Positions 29,330 to 54,100 of a stretch of 64,000 nt of DNA are shown here, one piece after another. A program made the translations under genes and the position numbers. The stretch covers positions 792,648 through 856,647 of the forward strand of contig CM082576.2 in NCBI GenBank assembly GCA_040954595.2, given 5' to 3'. The first letter of the stretch is position 1; the number at the start of each line of letters is the position of its first letter. The notes beneath the pieces were generated by a model, which worked only from the letters and a program-made list of their open reading frames with translations, made no database searches and was not told the DNA's origin. Origin of the DNA: Balanoglossus misakiensis. Lineage: Eukaryota > Animalia > Hemichordata.

Positions 29330-29900
29330 TGACGGAAGCCGCCATTTCTTTTTCTGTGGGTGATATCTCCGTTTTTCTAGGTTATGTATTTTTTACTTCC
29401 GTTTGGTTAATCATTAAGTAACACAGTTACATATAAATCAATTGCATTGGCTGTGCTGGAATCTCGGTATGTGACTACTTCGACGTTAGATGCGAATAAC
29501 CCTTGACCTTCAACGTCACAACCATATAACACCATACATTCCTTACGCCAGTAATTTATTGCATACACAGAAATAGGTGCACGCACACGATCTCAAATTA
29601 ACTGAATTGGTAGACGATGATATCGATTTGAATCATATTCGCATACAGGCGTATCCAGACACGGTCATAAGTGATCGTGATTTAGGCAAGTAAATCGCAG
29701 GGATCTGTCATTTATATTGAATGATTTTAAACATCGCGTTTTCAAGGATCCGTTATTAGTATTTGAATAGTGCATGTGCCCAGTTGCATTTCTCTCTACA
29801 TAAGGCACACGTGATTATGAAACAATCCTCAATAAGAAACCAAATCACTAATGATTATCTGGTGTGAGGGCAGCAGTCATTGCAAGACCCACAGCAGGTC
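29330..29900. promoter_or_regulatory. Divergent (head-to-head) promoter region between the 991-aa gene and the glycoside-hydrolase-like gene
   Basis: YY1-like GCCGCCATTT at 29338-29347, ETS-like CGGAAG/ACTTCCG, ATTGG; the two genes point away from this interval. Confidence 0.4.
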
Positions 29901-29972
29901 AAAGCTCAAACTAAGTTACAATGTACAAGGTTGAACGGCCAGTTGTGTATAACCCGTGAATGAGTTCCTATC

Positions 29973-40110
<10,138 letters not shown>

Positions 40111-43100
40111 CTGAACACCTGAGAGCAGTGCTCTATCACTAGTGCATGGTCTCGGATGTCAACTGTAGAATTAATTGATCACAGTCCACTGGGGGCATTT
40201 ATCGGACATATCTGGGACTAAGAGCTGCAGATGCAATTTCTTTGCGGCATGTATATGAAATTTTGTCTGCAGTCGAACTAATCATAATAATGTACGCATT
40301 GACTCTGTGTTTGAAGTTGTGATGTCGTGGATCAGATTAGATCAGATCAGATTACACACATCTTTTCACTTGAAAAATAACTACTGGATATTATACAATG
40401 ACAACGACACGTTCTTATATCATACTTTTAAAGAAGAACAAAGTTCGCACCATGTCCACGAAGACGTTCAAAAGGTCATGTGACACATGCCAACATAATT
40501 AAACACCCGGATGAATCGTTTCATTTGATGGTCATTAATAAAAGAAAAGGGGTCAAGGTTATACATACACATACAATTTTGTTTTTTTAGTCAAGTTCAA
40601 TTATTTTTGCGCACATGTTTCTCCAAACACATTTGAAAAAAACACAAAAACAATATAGTAGTATTGTGTTTATCGTGGGGGTGGTGAGTTGCGGTGTCTC
40701 TTTTCTCTATTTGTCCAAGAAACGGATCTGCATGATAAAAAACTGAGTCTTTAGCGCCGTTTCAGATAATGATGATATGCATAATTTAAAAGGTACTAAT
40801 ACATCAGTTGCCAAGGTGATCTTTTGATATCATACGCCAATTGACGATATATCCTCAAACGTATAATGGGTCTGAAGATCGATTTATTAATAAATGAAGG
40901 AATGAAAACATTTTATTCATTTTTTCAATGGCCGGTCATGATGTGTCGCATTTAATTATTGTAATGTGTACAGATCAGCTGAGGAGGATTAGGCTGGCTA
41001 CATTTCAATTCCTTGTTTTGTTTTTATTAGTCTTTCGCCCAACAATTAACCGATTAACGATTGAAGCCAGAAAACATTTGGATATTTTGTATGCGTATTC
41101 ACATCTGATGTAATGGCAATTCATTTCACTTGTGTTTCATCATTTATGTAATATTAGACAGACGAGGCATACCCATTAACCGAATTCAACATCTTGACGG
41201 CAGAAATTGACAATTTATTAGAAGTTTAACGAAAATACGATCCGACCATCTGCGTTGCTTTGTGCTCTGGAATGGTTTTAATTACACTGAGCCAGAGCGT
41301 GTTTTGTCAGGACATGAAAAATAATGAGAACTAATTTCTTCGATGTCCCTCTGCGTTTTGTGAAGGAAATGACAAGTCACTGTATGTATAATCCCAGTTG
41401 TAGAAATTGGCTCTGACTTTACCTTTACTGGCGTTGTCGTTATAAGCTACTCAGTTGCCCTGAGGCTCAAACCTGTTACTGACTACACAGGTGAAGTTGA
41501 CGTTCACATCTCGCGCTTCATACGTCTATTGAATGTTTTGTCTTCTGGTCCTTGTGAGGCGATGTCCGATTGGTCGACAATCCTGGCCATATGAAGTGTT
41601 AGGCTTCGGCGAACGTTGACTGGAATTGCTCCCAGTAATATATTAAGAAGTCTTGGTGACATTTTTCTTGTGATTGCGCTTGTGACCTGGCGACCCCGCT
41701 CATTTTAGTTCGCGGCAAGAGTATTGTTTGGCAAATATATTAGTCTTTATAACATCAAATAGGCCTTGAGTGCATCTGGCATATATAGTAAAACACCCAT
41801 AAACATTGTTGAATTGCAGATTGGTTTAAGTTGAAAATTAACATGAACTGATCAATGTTGGCGGATTGAACTTTGTCCGTACGTTCACATTATTAGCTCA
41901 ACATGTCAACGACGCTTCGGCAATCATGTATTAAAAATAAAAAAAATATTTATGAGTCCGTAATGTTTTTTGATAAATTTATCCATGTTTATCATATATT
42001 TTAATCGGACAAATTGCAGTCTCTGAAAAATGAAATGCTTGCCCAGAAATCAATTATACAGTGAGAAATACTGGCAAGAACACCCCGAAATCTAGTTTAC
42101 TATATCAAGAATACCGACGTACTTTGAATAAAGACCTCGGGCACAGAGGGAGTGTATGCCTGGGTAAACCGCCTCACTACTAGTTTCAGCAGTCTGATTC
42201 AGAACTGCTAGTCTAATGTGTAAGATGTGAGGGGAGCTGTCGCAGTTGACTCGCTTTATAGCTAAAACCATACTCTCTTCAATAGACAACCACTGATTTC
42301 AAGGACCTCATTATTTGCTTTTGAAAACCTCCGCGGTCATTGCCACTTTTCTTGTTAATGGAAGGTGTTTTCTGTATTCAGTAGTATTATATGTCTGATT
42401 ACGTCTGATTGCAGGGCCTTAAAGGGGTTCCAGTTAAATGTTCGAGTTAAATGTCACTTATCATTTACCTCTTGCGTGTTTCTGTGTATTGTCAAGCTCT
42501 GAATATTTTCTGAGTCAAACCTTGATTTATTGACGCTTATTTTCAGTCCTCGCCTCATTGGCACTGTCACGTGATAAGATGATAAATTATTGCCTTCCTC
42601 GGCGAAGGAGATTGTGCAACAACCAACTTGCGCTGTACTTTCAAACTCAGAGAATCTGAAGTCGAGGGGAAATGACCCTCTTTAGGGCTTCTGTCGGTAA
42701 TAGGAGGGAGAGATATCTTAATGTGATCTAGTGTTATTATGAAAATCACACAACGTTGATACCACTGTAGAAGCCAGAAAATCTACAGCGATACACCAAG
42801 CGAGATCCTTTTATGTAGCATTTCCATTAGAATTTTGCCTATTAGAGTAGCCTAGATGATTTATCCTGATACAGATAACGCAGTTTAACTCTTCGTTCCT
42901 TCCTTCCTCCCTCCCACTCAGAGCTTTTCCATTATAAGTCTCGAAAAGCCGGGAGTACACACAGTCCTCCTGAAACGAAAGAAATGTGAAAAAAAAATCT
43001 CCCGCCAACGCAGATTCCGTGGGAGTGGAGCTTGCAAATACGTTTTGTAAGGCAATTCGGAAGCTGTCAACACCAGATGTCTCTAGAAGCCAAATTTTTG

Positions 43101-46100
43101 AATCCCAGTATGAACGGTTAAAATGTCGAAGACGCTGTAATCTCAACACTTACCTCCTACTCTCCTGACATGATGCATTCAATTAAAGTTTCTTTAATCT
43201 CGTTTTGAGATTCAGCCATTTTGCGAGCGACAGACGTTACGGACGTCTGAATTTCCGTTCTTTGGAACCCACAAGACATTATCAAAGACTGTATTAAGTA
43301 GACACCATAATTAATAAGAATGATCCATTTTCAAATCTAATGAGCTGTGGTAATTTGATATCAGTCATCGCTACATAACAGGCGAAGGAATGGTTTCCAA
43401 TAATCGTGAATGCCAATCATTTATTTCTTGTCGTCAGTACCGTTATTCCACCTGAACAGAATTCTAAATTTTAATTTACGTTTTTTTAACTTTTGACCGG
43501 CACCTTCACGTGTCTTGGTGGTCAGGTGTCCTAGATACACAGGGGGGGGGGGGGGGGGGAGGGGGGTCATTAGGGTCATCGTCCTATTTGCTGGAGTTCA
43601 CGACATTGTGACCTATACCATGGGTCACGTGAACTGGCGTCGGATTGTGTATAAACTGACGAAAAAGATAGCTTCGGTGATGAACGATCTCAAAATTGCG
43701 ACCTTCCGACATTTGATATGCTTTCAAACTCTCCCCTTTTATCGGTTCCTTCCCTCTCGACCTGAGCAGGTTCGATTTATTATGTTTTTGAAATAATGTA
43801 AGGATGGGTTCTTTTAGAATTTGCGGTACTTCATCGCCAGCTGTTCAAGCCGTGGCCAATAATCGTTTGAGCGACCGTCGAGTGGGCCAACAATCGCTGT
43901 AAAAGACATCAAATAGTTCTTGCGTTTATGACGTGATCGCATTTAACCCCATTACCTCAATATTACGTGAATTTTAGTTTGTGTCTCTGAGTGGTTGTCA
44001 TGGAGACCTGAAAGATCTTAAGATAGGCTCATTACTATTCCTTGCAAATTACGATGTTAGGAAAGGTTAATTAACTGCGTTTCGCAAGGGCAGATTTTTT
44101 ATCGTATGGCTCAAACAACCACTTGATCATTTTTAATTAAACAAAATTGCAACACCGGCCTTACGACCTCGTGACCTTTCGTTTTATTCAGAATCTTGAA
44201 ATCCCTTTTTTAATCTTTAAATCTGAATGGGAAAGACTAATCCATGCCACATTAGTAAATAGTCCCCTTAATAGAAACAAAGACTACTACATGAATAGAC
44301 AGTGTCTATAACTGTGAAGTATATGAGAAACCAGAAAGATACTGTATTTCCATGAAATTCGAGAGAAGTGTATCCATTTGACAGATAAGCGAAGAAGACT
44401 AATTGTTCTAGTGCAATTTGTAGAATGTCATGCTAATCCAACTGCAAACGTACTCAGAGAACAATGCAAGCAATTCTCATTTTATTTTATTTTCAAGTAA
44501 TAACTGCTGTTTCCCTTACAGAATCAAACCTAAACGCGATATAAGCGTACTCTACATTTCTGGCAATCTATTAATCTACTCACGCTCACGGTGATTGAAA
44601 TTCACCAAGTTATTTTCATTTCGGTCGAGCCAAAGAAAAAAGGAATTGACTGATTTAGAAGTTTTGTGTGGCGAACAAAATTTCCAAACCCCTCGCGCAA
44701 TTGTAAATATATCGTTAATGTTTTGATTTGATTATCACAATATTCTGTTGGAATATTTTTCGTTCGGTAGCCCTAAATTAAATAGGCTATTTGCAAGAAG
44801 TACTCAAATAGCAAATTTTGTTCTGGATTTATTTTCACGTTTTAGGTTGTTTAGCTGTTTATTTCTTAAATGAATCCCAATGATATCAATTCGAGTCTCA
44901 TGCTGATATTAATCATCTCATTTTAATGACCATGTTTTTCAAAACTGCAGTCAAATGGAAAGACCACAATGGGCTTGTATCCATGGCAACGGGACACGTA
45001 ATTTTGATAAACAATTGCCTATTTTTCAGTCTGTTGGCTGTTGTGTCTGATATTTCTTAGAACGCAGTATCTGTGTCAATCCGAACAAGGAAAATACGCA
45101 TGAAAATATCACTTTGTTTCCTTAATCCATTAAAACAAGCTGTTCATGTGAACGACGTATTACTATTATGGAATTCAAACAACCACCACCTTAACACTTT
45201 GCCGCCATATACATAAACTGACCGACGAAGTATATGTTTGTACGTACGTGCATGAGAGAGTGCGTATACATTGTGTATACGTGCGTGCATACACTTATTA
45301 ATTCCACATAAAACATGTTTGCAAAAAGACCACAGTTTTCAAGCATCAGGTGAACACGACATCGACATAATCATTCAGATCAATTTACATCACATCATGT
45401 TCTCCACGGACTGTCTACAATCGTTAAAGGTCACATAATTTCTCCTATAACCAAGATGTGTGTGTAATTGAATCGCTAAATGATGTGATTAAGGGGGGCC
45501 ACTTTAAATAATTTTGTTGCTATACCCCATTAATCCATTAAAATGTAGTGCATACAGGTGACTCTAGCCAGTCCTTTAATTTCGCGTGAATTCTCTTCAA
45601 TTACGGGTTTCTGCATGCACGTTTTCAATAGTTGAGCGAATGGGTGGGTGTGCTGATGGAAACATCTATTTCCCGCGAGAAAAAAAAATAGGCGCGACTC
45701 CCTGACTACTGCTGTACCTGGAAATTATGTGAAAATGTTACGCCCAATTCTAATCACATAACAACGCGTATATGACGCTGCATCATCGTGTTCCCCAGAG
45801 GTTCGATGGGGATTTAAATGTGAAACTATGTATGTTGTTTTAACACTTGAGTTATTCAATTCAATTCACTATGACTGTTGAACCCTTGAGGTGAAATTCA
45901 TGTGTTGTCATATTTTTATTTAAATTTTACGGCATTTGCGAGAGTTTTTGGACAAAAAGGAAGAAAATGAAAACGGACAGCTGTTTTCTTGTAGCGATGT
46001 GTATCTAGATGTATTAATTGAACACATACAGCACTGGTGATGATGTCCGCAATTTGAAAACCAATATCCATAACAGTCCCAAGCCCAGTAAAATTCATGC

Positions 46101-46320
46101 ATATATATTGTTTAAATTTTGCTTTGTTGCGTTTCGTGGTAATCATCACAAACATTGACGCTAAAATAACAGTTGCATGTAATACATGATTTGTAAATGT
46201 TGATGAAAACTCCTTTCCATAGTTTTACATGGCTAAAATTTCGTCAGTTTCCATTCTTTGACCTAAAGGAAGGCCCCATGTTATTCAGATGTGCGGTTTG
46301 ACTAACAGAGGGTGCTAGCG

Positions 46321-46485
46321 TGACGTCATTTCCCCTCGCGAATCGGAAGATGATAAATTGATACGTTTCACAGCGATTGGTCGGTTTGAATATCCTGTCA
46401 AGCACTGCCAGCGAAACACCCTCATCCAGAAGATTGGAAGCGTTCATGCAGCGACACCCGCGCAACCTGCTGGAGTTCTTATAAA
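46321..46485 (+). promoter_or_regulatory. Promoter of the chromogranin-like gene: palindromic CRE, inverted CCAAT boxes, TATA box
   Basis: TGACGTCA at 46321-46328, GATTGG near 46375 and 46432, TATAAA at 46480-46485, about 130 nt upstream of the ATG at 46613. Confidence 0.65.
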
Positions 46486-46612
46486 GACCCGGAGTATTTG
46501 TGTGAACTCTGTCGAGCACAGTACTTCGTGACAAACCAGCTAACACCTGCACCCCCCTGTAGTCGGACCTACAGCTTCAGATGTGAACAAAACATCAGGT
46601 CACTCAGCAGAT

Positions 46613-48067
46613 ATGAAGCCTGCTTACGCTTTACTTTTTCTATTAGGAGTCCTGCTTGTGTCTCAAGGTATGTGTGCGTTTCTGCTGCTGCTGTGTGTTT
46701 TAATATTATCATACATTTACGGTGACAACTGGTTTTTGAAAGTATGGAAGTGTAATAACATTTGATGGCTCGGATGAACTGGATACTCGTTGGCCAAATT
46801 TATATCCAGCAGCGACACTATCCAGCTTTTTAGGAGACAAGTTCACAACTGTACACCTTAGATAATTTCAATGTTACATTGTCAGAATTCTCGCTCATAA
46901 AAATTGACGTTATATCTTTCCGATCCAGTAAACCACAAACCACCATCATAAAAACGTATAATCCCATTGGTATGACATATTAATTTATTAATTAATTACC
47001 AGATACAAAAATTTAATTAACTAGATGTAGTCATTTGCAACTTAGAATTGTTAATTAGTTCGCGTTATATTATACAGCGACCAGCAATGGGAGAGTTTGA
47101 GGCAAAGTGACAGTGCGTCACTAACAACCTCAAAAAGTTTAACAGTCAAGGGACTTAGAACCAAAGCGACTAGACTGTCCGATAAGGGGCCAAATTGAAA
47201 CCAGCTAAAATCCGTTGAATTTGATGTAAACTCACATCATTGGATTTAGGTGTAATGGAGCATAGCTTGTCATGTACTGCATATTATTCTTGCCCGGCAC
47301 CCTCGCCAAGCTTTGAAATATATCGCCTGGGAGGGTTGAATGAAATTCACGAAGAGTAATCGATCATTGCAATCTACAGTATTCGTTCTGGTTCGTTTGT
47401 CGTTCGCTTTTCTTCATCATTTCAAGTAAATGCGCCGTAGAACCAGTGAATGACGATGGATGAATGTAACAAGTGGGCCCCACCTCATCTACGTGAGTGC
47501 GGCATGATTAACTTATTCATGGCAATGTAATTTACTAAACTGGGTAAATTCAGCTAATTATGCGAGCTGACAAATAATCAAACTACTTCGCCCAGATCAG
47601 AATTAATTTAGCTGGTCACGGGCCAGTCAGATCTTGTATGCAAGTCACGTGAAATGCATATTTTCAGGGGAAAACGAACGCGCCGTGGCGTCCAGATATT
47701 CTCCCCTAATTCTCCGTATGATTTGACATGACTTTAAAGTTTCCCGAGAGATGTGAACGAGTTGGTTAGCAAATCTCATTTCTATATTCCCTTTTTCCCG
47801 TGGGGGATTTGACGTCTCCAGTGTATGTTCTATTGATAGTTTGCCGATCAGTGACTTTGGGTCTCGTACTCTCTCGGTAATCGTGGGATTTCTGTTTCTG
47901 TCAGGTGGATAAAAATATCATCAATCGACATGACAGTACAATGATCTTTCCTCCGTAAAATATTACTGTGGGTATTGAAGCCGATGAATTTTCAATTTCG
48001 TCAGTCGTCAATATGGCAGACAAAAAAGAAATTATAAGTCAACTCATATCTATCTATCTATCTATCC

Positions 48068-48108
<41 letters not shown>

Positions 48109-51100
48109 GGAAATGAACCTGCCTTCATTAGGCGTACATAGAAAGAATTCAAAAACATATGAATATGATAGCTGGGTGATTCTACTCTGTCCTTCGTGGA
48201 ATGATATACAAGCCTCCCGTCTGTCCGATATTAACGTTAAATTTCAAAGCCTCGATAATATATTGTTGAATTTTAAACTGTTCCGTCTTAGGCCATAAGT
48301 ATAAGACTTAAAGACAAACACAACAAAGTTGAACAAAACACACTACACACTGAAATAAATTACAACAGAAAAATTAGCCAAGAGCTAGCCATCCAGTTTT
48401 ATTAGGAACCAGAGTCCTGATATATGTATGTATGTAATTGATGAAAAAATGAAGCCGTTGATCTAAATTAAACTCAAGCGCTATTTATTAAAAGTACGTC
48501 ATATTTTTTGGAACACCGAATATTTAAAGTAGTATGATGAAATACAAAGCACAATTATAGACCTAAGTGAAATGGATTTTGGAAATAATATCCACCGCAA
48601 ATATGACGTGCAAATACTTTCCCTGAACGCGATGTAATATTCTTCCTCTCGATTTTCCAGAAGATACATTCGCTTCAACTGAATGTGATGTTACCTCATA
48701 ACAACCAGATATAATCAACAGTCGGTTTTGACTGCAGTCTGTCGTTTGCCGGTCATTATCAGCCTAAAAAAAACTCCACACAAAGCAAATCCCAGCTTAT
48801 GCTCTTTCGCTGAAGGAAGCGAAAGCTTCAAAATGAAAACTACTTAAAGCCAAATTAAGAGCTTAATACGAAAATCACGGTTATTTTCGCGCCGTCGGAA
48901 GTTTTCTGAAATTTTCCTTGGATGGTCGCTGTTGGGAAAGTAACATTTCCTGTCGTCGCACTGGCCATGGTGCTCCAAACATCGCCAAATTGTATCGTCT
49001 TTCAATCAAGAGAAAAAGGTCCATTATTCCTCTCGTTAACGCACCGTGTGGTCTCCAAGGTAACCAATAACCACTCGCATAGTCTCTCCATGGCAACAAT
49101 CTAAGTCTGAAAGGAAAAGTTCCGGTTTCTCAGTGGCAACATTTAAGACTCCACTTTTTCGTTAATTTACTGTTATATTCACTAGTTTGGTCACATGGTG
49201 AGCTTTCCTCTGTATATTATTGGTTGACGTGTATTTCATAGAAATTGCCTTCAAAATCCGCGTCTGATTCTGACCCCTCTTCCCAAACATCCACCAAATC
49301 AACTTAACCACCCAACCATCCCTCCCCATTCCAGGGAAGTTTATTATATTATTAGTCCACCCACGTATCAACTTAAAAATCTTTAAAGCAAATGTTGCCC
49401 AGGCAAAAAAAACACGATTGTGTGTTTTCTACTAAATTTATCTGTTACAGTAACTTTTGCCACATCTTCAGTAAATCTTTAATGTTTTCTTCAAACATCT
49501 ATACAAGAACAAAATTGGGGAAACTTAGCAATGACGTAATCACCACATTTAATTTATAAACACCTACAATTGTCTAACGTGGAATACCAACTAACAGCAG
49601 ACTGTAGTTTATGTACTTTTCCAAAGTTTCTCCATCAAATGATTTCTTAGCTGTAAACCATTCCAATCGGCACATACCCAAGTCGACCGTGCAGAACAGA
49701 AACAGTGATGCTGATCGTCATCATCTCCACCACGAAAACTAAAATCTGACTGTCGTTCATATTTTATTTCTTCTTCGTCGGTAGTCGTGAGTCGTCCATC
49801 GAAACGGTCGAATCGAGATTATTCTGCCGACTGGAAGAGTGACGATGAGTTTGACAAAAGCAAATTAATTCATTCCAAGGTAAGTTGCACTAGAAGTTAT
49901 TCAATGCACATACACTCTTGAAATGTTCATGGAATGCATTTTTCATGATTTATTCCCTTCAGGGTGGTGTAAACCATATGCGACATCGTCCTAAATGTCG
50001 CCTCTCCAATAATGACCCTCTGTGAACAATTCATACACCGGCTTTAATTCAACTTTATAGAGTATGCGACACAAATTCTGAGCAGATGATGGCATTCCCA
50101 TCGATGCGTGAGAGAGATTTTGAATGTTGAGAAAAACCGACAGATTTGCATCAAGATATCATGAGAAATACAACACATGTGCACATTTCATCGATGTTAG
50201 CGAAATCATTTCTCGAAGTCGACGAGGTCACTACACCAGTCAAGTGGACTATTGTTCCTTTTATTTCTGAAAACAATCAAACCGGTATCTTTGTGTAAAA
50301 GCTTCGCCATGGAGCCAAAGGGCCCTAGAAAGGATTTTCATGAAATTCTATCATGAGTGAACATCTTACCATTAAAAACAATAAACCCCGCTTTGATCAA
50401 AAGGTAGCACCTGACACGGCAACATGGACGGTGACCTTTGACACGACCCATTTCATCCAATTGTCGTTTTTTTACCGCGGAAGAAGCAATCGATCGATTT
50501 TAACGGATTTTGAAGTCTTAATATCCGTGTTTCAGAGGTAGCGGCTGAAAAGAAGAACTGTGTTTTCGACCAAGAGAGACTCAGAGAAAATAAATGAATT
50601 TTACAATTCAATTTACCTTTTACCTAAAACTTTCTTGTAGTGATAATGACGTATAAAACGTATGTGAATTGAATTCTCACATCATTCTCTTTGTTCATTC
50701 CGATAAACCTCCCCTCTACGCATGCGTGTCAAACCGAATGAAGGGGAACGATGAATGCAGATTCACAGACGAACCAAGTTTTATAAATAATTTACATTTT
50801 TCCTGTCACTTCATCTCACATCAATCTCGTCCTTACACTGGGATTGTTTAGATGTTGCTACGCTCGAAGGCTGATGCGAATTATTCTTCAGAACAACTCG
50901 CCGTGTTGATTTTCTCGGGTGTAGTAAATCGTTGCATTTGTGAAATTTAACTGAGACATCAAATCCTCTTGAATACTGGGGGTGAATACCAGTGGGGGGG
51001 GGGGGGGTATTAAAACTCTTCACGAGAATGACATCCGCTCGGCAACACAGCGCGTCGAGTGCCCACAATAAAACGTTGTCGGAGCAACGCAATGGGGGCC

Positions 51101-54100
51101 TCCGTATTGGTTAGTGCATGGCGATATGTTGCCAGACACGAATTGATTTCATTAATCATGGTTTTTACTTGAGGTGAAATAAGTGAATAATTCAATATCG
51201 CACCCAGTGACCATCTGTTGGTTATGTTTTATGCGAGAATCAGGGATTGAATGTTGCCTCTTTAATGGCAATGTAACGGTAGGGCGACAAATATGAATTA
51301 TTTTCCAGTTGTAACTCAAATTCTTGCTGTTTTTACACTCACCAGTTTCTGGGATGTATATACGAAATGGTTGCCGGTTCTCTCAACAAAGCCCAAGAAG
51401 TAGACCCAGAATGCGTCGAATTACTTGAAGAAGGTAAATCCAAACATTTCTAAGAAACTTCACCAAGGGATGGTGCACCGTGCACGTGGCATTTAATTGT
51501 GAAAGTTGCACGGAAAATAGCTCTAACGTCTTTGCCAGATATGTTGAATGTGTCAAATATATTTTCTCCCTATATAAGCATGTTTTAAAACACAAACATT
51601 TGATTTGTTTACAAGGTGCTCCATGTCGTATTTAATTATTCTTTTCTGTAGCCAGTGACAGATTAGAATACATCGATTACAAAGACCTCCTATCTCAGCT
51701 CGACCAAACCTTTGACAGCATAGAGGATGACGCCATCGACTTTGCCGAGTCCAAGACGGAGGAAGATTCGGAAGATGAAAGTGAAACGTCAGAAGATGAC
51801 AACAGCGACCGCGATGACCCTGAAGCGGAAAGCGATCAGGATGAGACTGATGAAATCCAGGGAGAATTAAACGATTTAAATGAGCAGATTGGTGAATTAA
51901 CCGATCAAATTGAACGTGAGAGAAATACGATCGGGAACATCATGACAATTCTTTTCGTTCTTAACCAAGGTCAAGAAAAGTTATACAATGGTAAGTTATG
52001 AAAGTTGGTTAGTTGTTATAGTTCAATACAGATAAAAGGAATCTAACTCGGCTATAGCTATTATGAACAGCTAATCCAACTATGTTATCATTTTATTGTT
52101 TAGAGATTTAAACTCTTTCTCCTACACGTCTACCCATTCAACACTGAAAACATTCTACCCCATGCTCTGAATGTTTTGTGTCTGTTTTGGCGATTTCAAA
52201 CATCGATAATTTCATCACGAGTACATTCCAACAATTGTAAGATGTATTTTTGTTATTACAGCAGTGAACAATTTGGAACTCGATGAAGACAGTGACAATC
52301 AGGAAAGCGAAGCGTCCGAAAATGAGAGCGAAGGTGAAACTTCTGAAAAAGATAACGGCGAGGATGATGACAGTGAAAACGACGACAGCGATGAGACAAA
52401 CAACGACAGCGAAGACGCCAGTGACGGAGAAGAAAGTGACGAGCCTGAGAGCGAAGGAAGCGACGGTAAACACGAGTTGTTTGACTTCAAACAGCAATGA
52501 TATACGCTGTAGTGTGTGAGATGAATTCCATGAACAGTTTCAATACAATGACAACACCTGATCTTATTCACATTCCAATCTTCTTTAATCAGAAACATTC
52601 CGAGTGGAATTTAAATCCCTTTTGCCTGTTTTAGTTTTTTTTATCTGATATATTAGACGACAGATGTGTTTACTGCATTATAATTTGTCATAAAAGCAAA
52701 CGACTTAGCCGCCTCTTTAAGTCGTAACTTATTACGGTACATTTTTCAAAGGAAAATTCCTCCCCCTCTTCAGTCGTTTTGATAGCGGACAGTTTTATTC
52801 TTTCCAAATTCTCAAGGTGTTCGCGCTGTTCCCTTTCTTTTTGATGTTGCAACTCAATCTCTCGTTCACGCTGCTTAAACTCTCTTTCTTTCTGTCTCTC
52901 ATCACGTTGTACATCCTGCTGAGTTTTAACAAAATTCTGAAGTGCTTCACCTTCATAACCCATTTCTTTACCAAGGGTAACCAATGCTTGCAAATCCATG
53001 TTTTGAGACTGACCCAATGCCGTTCCAACAGTGATAGCCTTTCCGAACTTACACTCCGGTATTACAATGACGAAATGGAAATTTTAGAAAAAAAATCACT
53101 CTCCCGGACGAGCCCCCAATTGTCACAAGATGGTAAGTGATACACTAGCCAACTGTGACGTGGTTTAGTATCGCCAAAATGAGTGTTTGGGAGCCAGAGT
53201 GTTGTGCAGAAAAGAGCTCACACGTACACATTTAAATATGGTGTAACCAGATCGAAATACAAAAAGTATGCACATAAAATGCCTCTGTAGGAATTACCTA
53301 TAATAATGCGGGTGACAAAAAGTTATGCACACAAAAACTCACGACAAGAACAATGTCCAGAGTTCCCAAGCGAAGGACGACGAAGCAAGGTCCGGCAACC
53401 GACGAAACGGCGATTTCCTGGGCCTGGAACGGAGCTGCCGGCTTCACGACTGTTCGGAGACGGTCGACGGTGAGTGGACAATGCAGACGTAAACGCAGGT
53501 AGGTGACCGAAGTCCCGCAACCGATGACTGGTAGGCTGGAAGGCACAACAGACGAACGCACGCCCAACCAACACGGACACGGACGGTGACTCTGTACCCC
53601 GAAGCAACACACGGTGACCAGAGGAACGCTGGAAGCAGAGTGGAGCCCCCTAAGACCCGAAGCCTCGACCTTTTATATGACCAGTTTTGCATCACGTCCG
53701 TTTCAAACGCAGTCTCAGAAGCTGATTGGCGTACTCGATGTCACCCAACAGATGTAACACTTACAACATGTTAATAACCCGCTCAGTTACCTACTTGTAA
53801 ACACCATGTAATTGTGTCTACTACATGTAAATTCACAGAACTGTCGTTCACAAAACAAAATTCAAAAACAAAAAGTCGTCACTGTACAGACCGGTGACCA
53901 TGTAAATCATATCGTGACAGTTACTTGTCAGGGTAATTTCTAGCCAGGCTAGAACTCCTTTGACAAGCCCCCCCCCCCCAAATAAACATTGGGGGGGGGG
54001 GGGGGGAGGGGGCTACGAGGTTTTTTGTGTACAATAGGGCCTACGCCAACTATTTCAAACCGGTGCGAATTAGAACAGTTCAGTATGTTTTATTTTCTTG

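Noticed and set aside
40200-46200. Short ORFs in the 6-kb intergenic region
   Set aside because: No consistent splice chain or recognisable protein; probably upstream regulatory DNA and decayed repeats.
50415-50437. RE1/NRSE-like site in intron 2 of the granin-like gene
   Set aside because: Four to five mismatches to the TTCAGCACCnnGGACAG consensus, including core positions.
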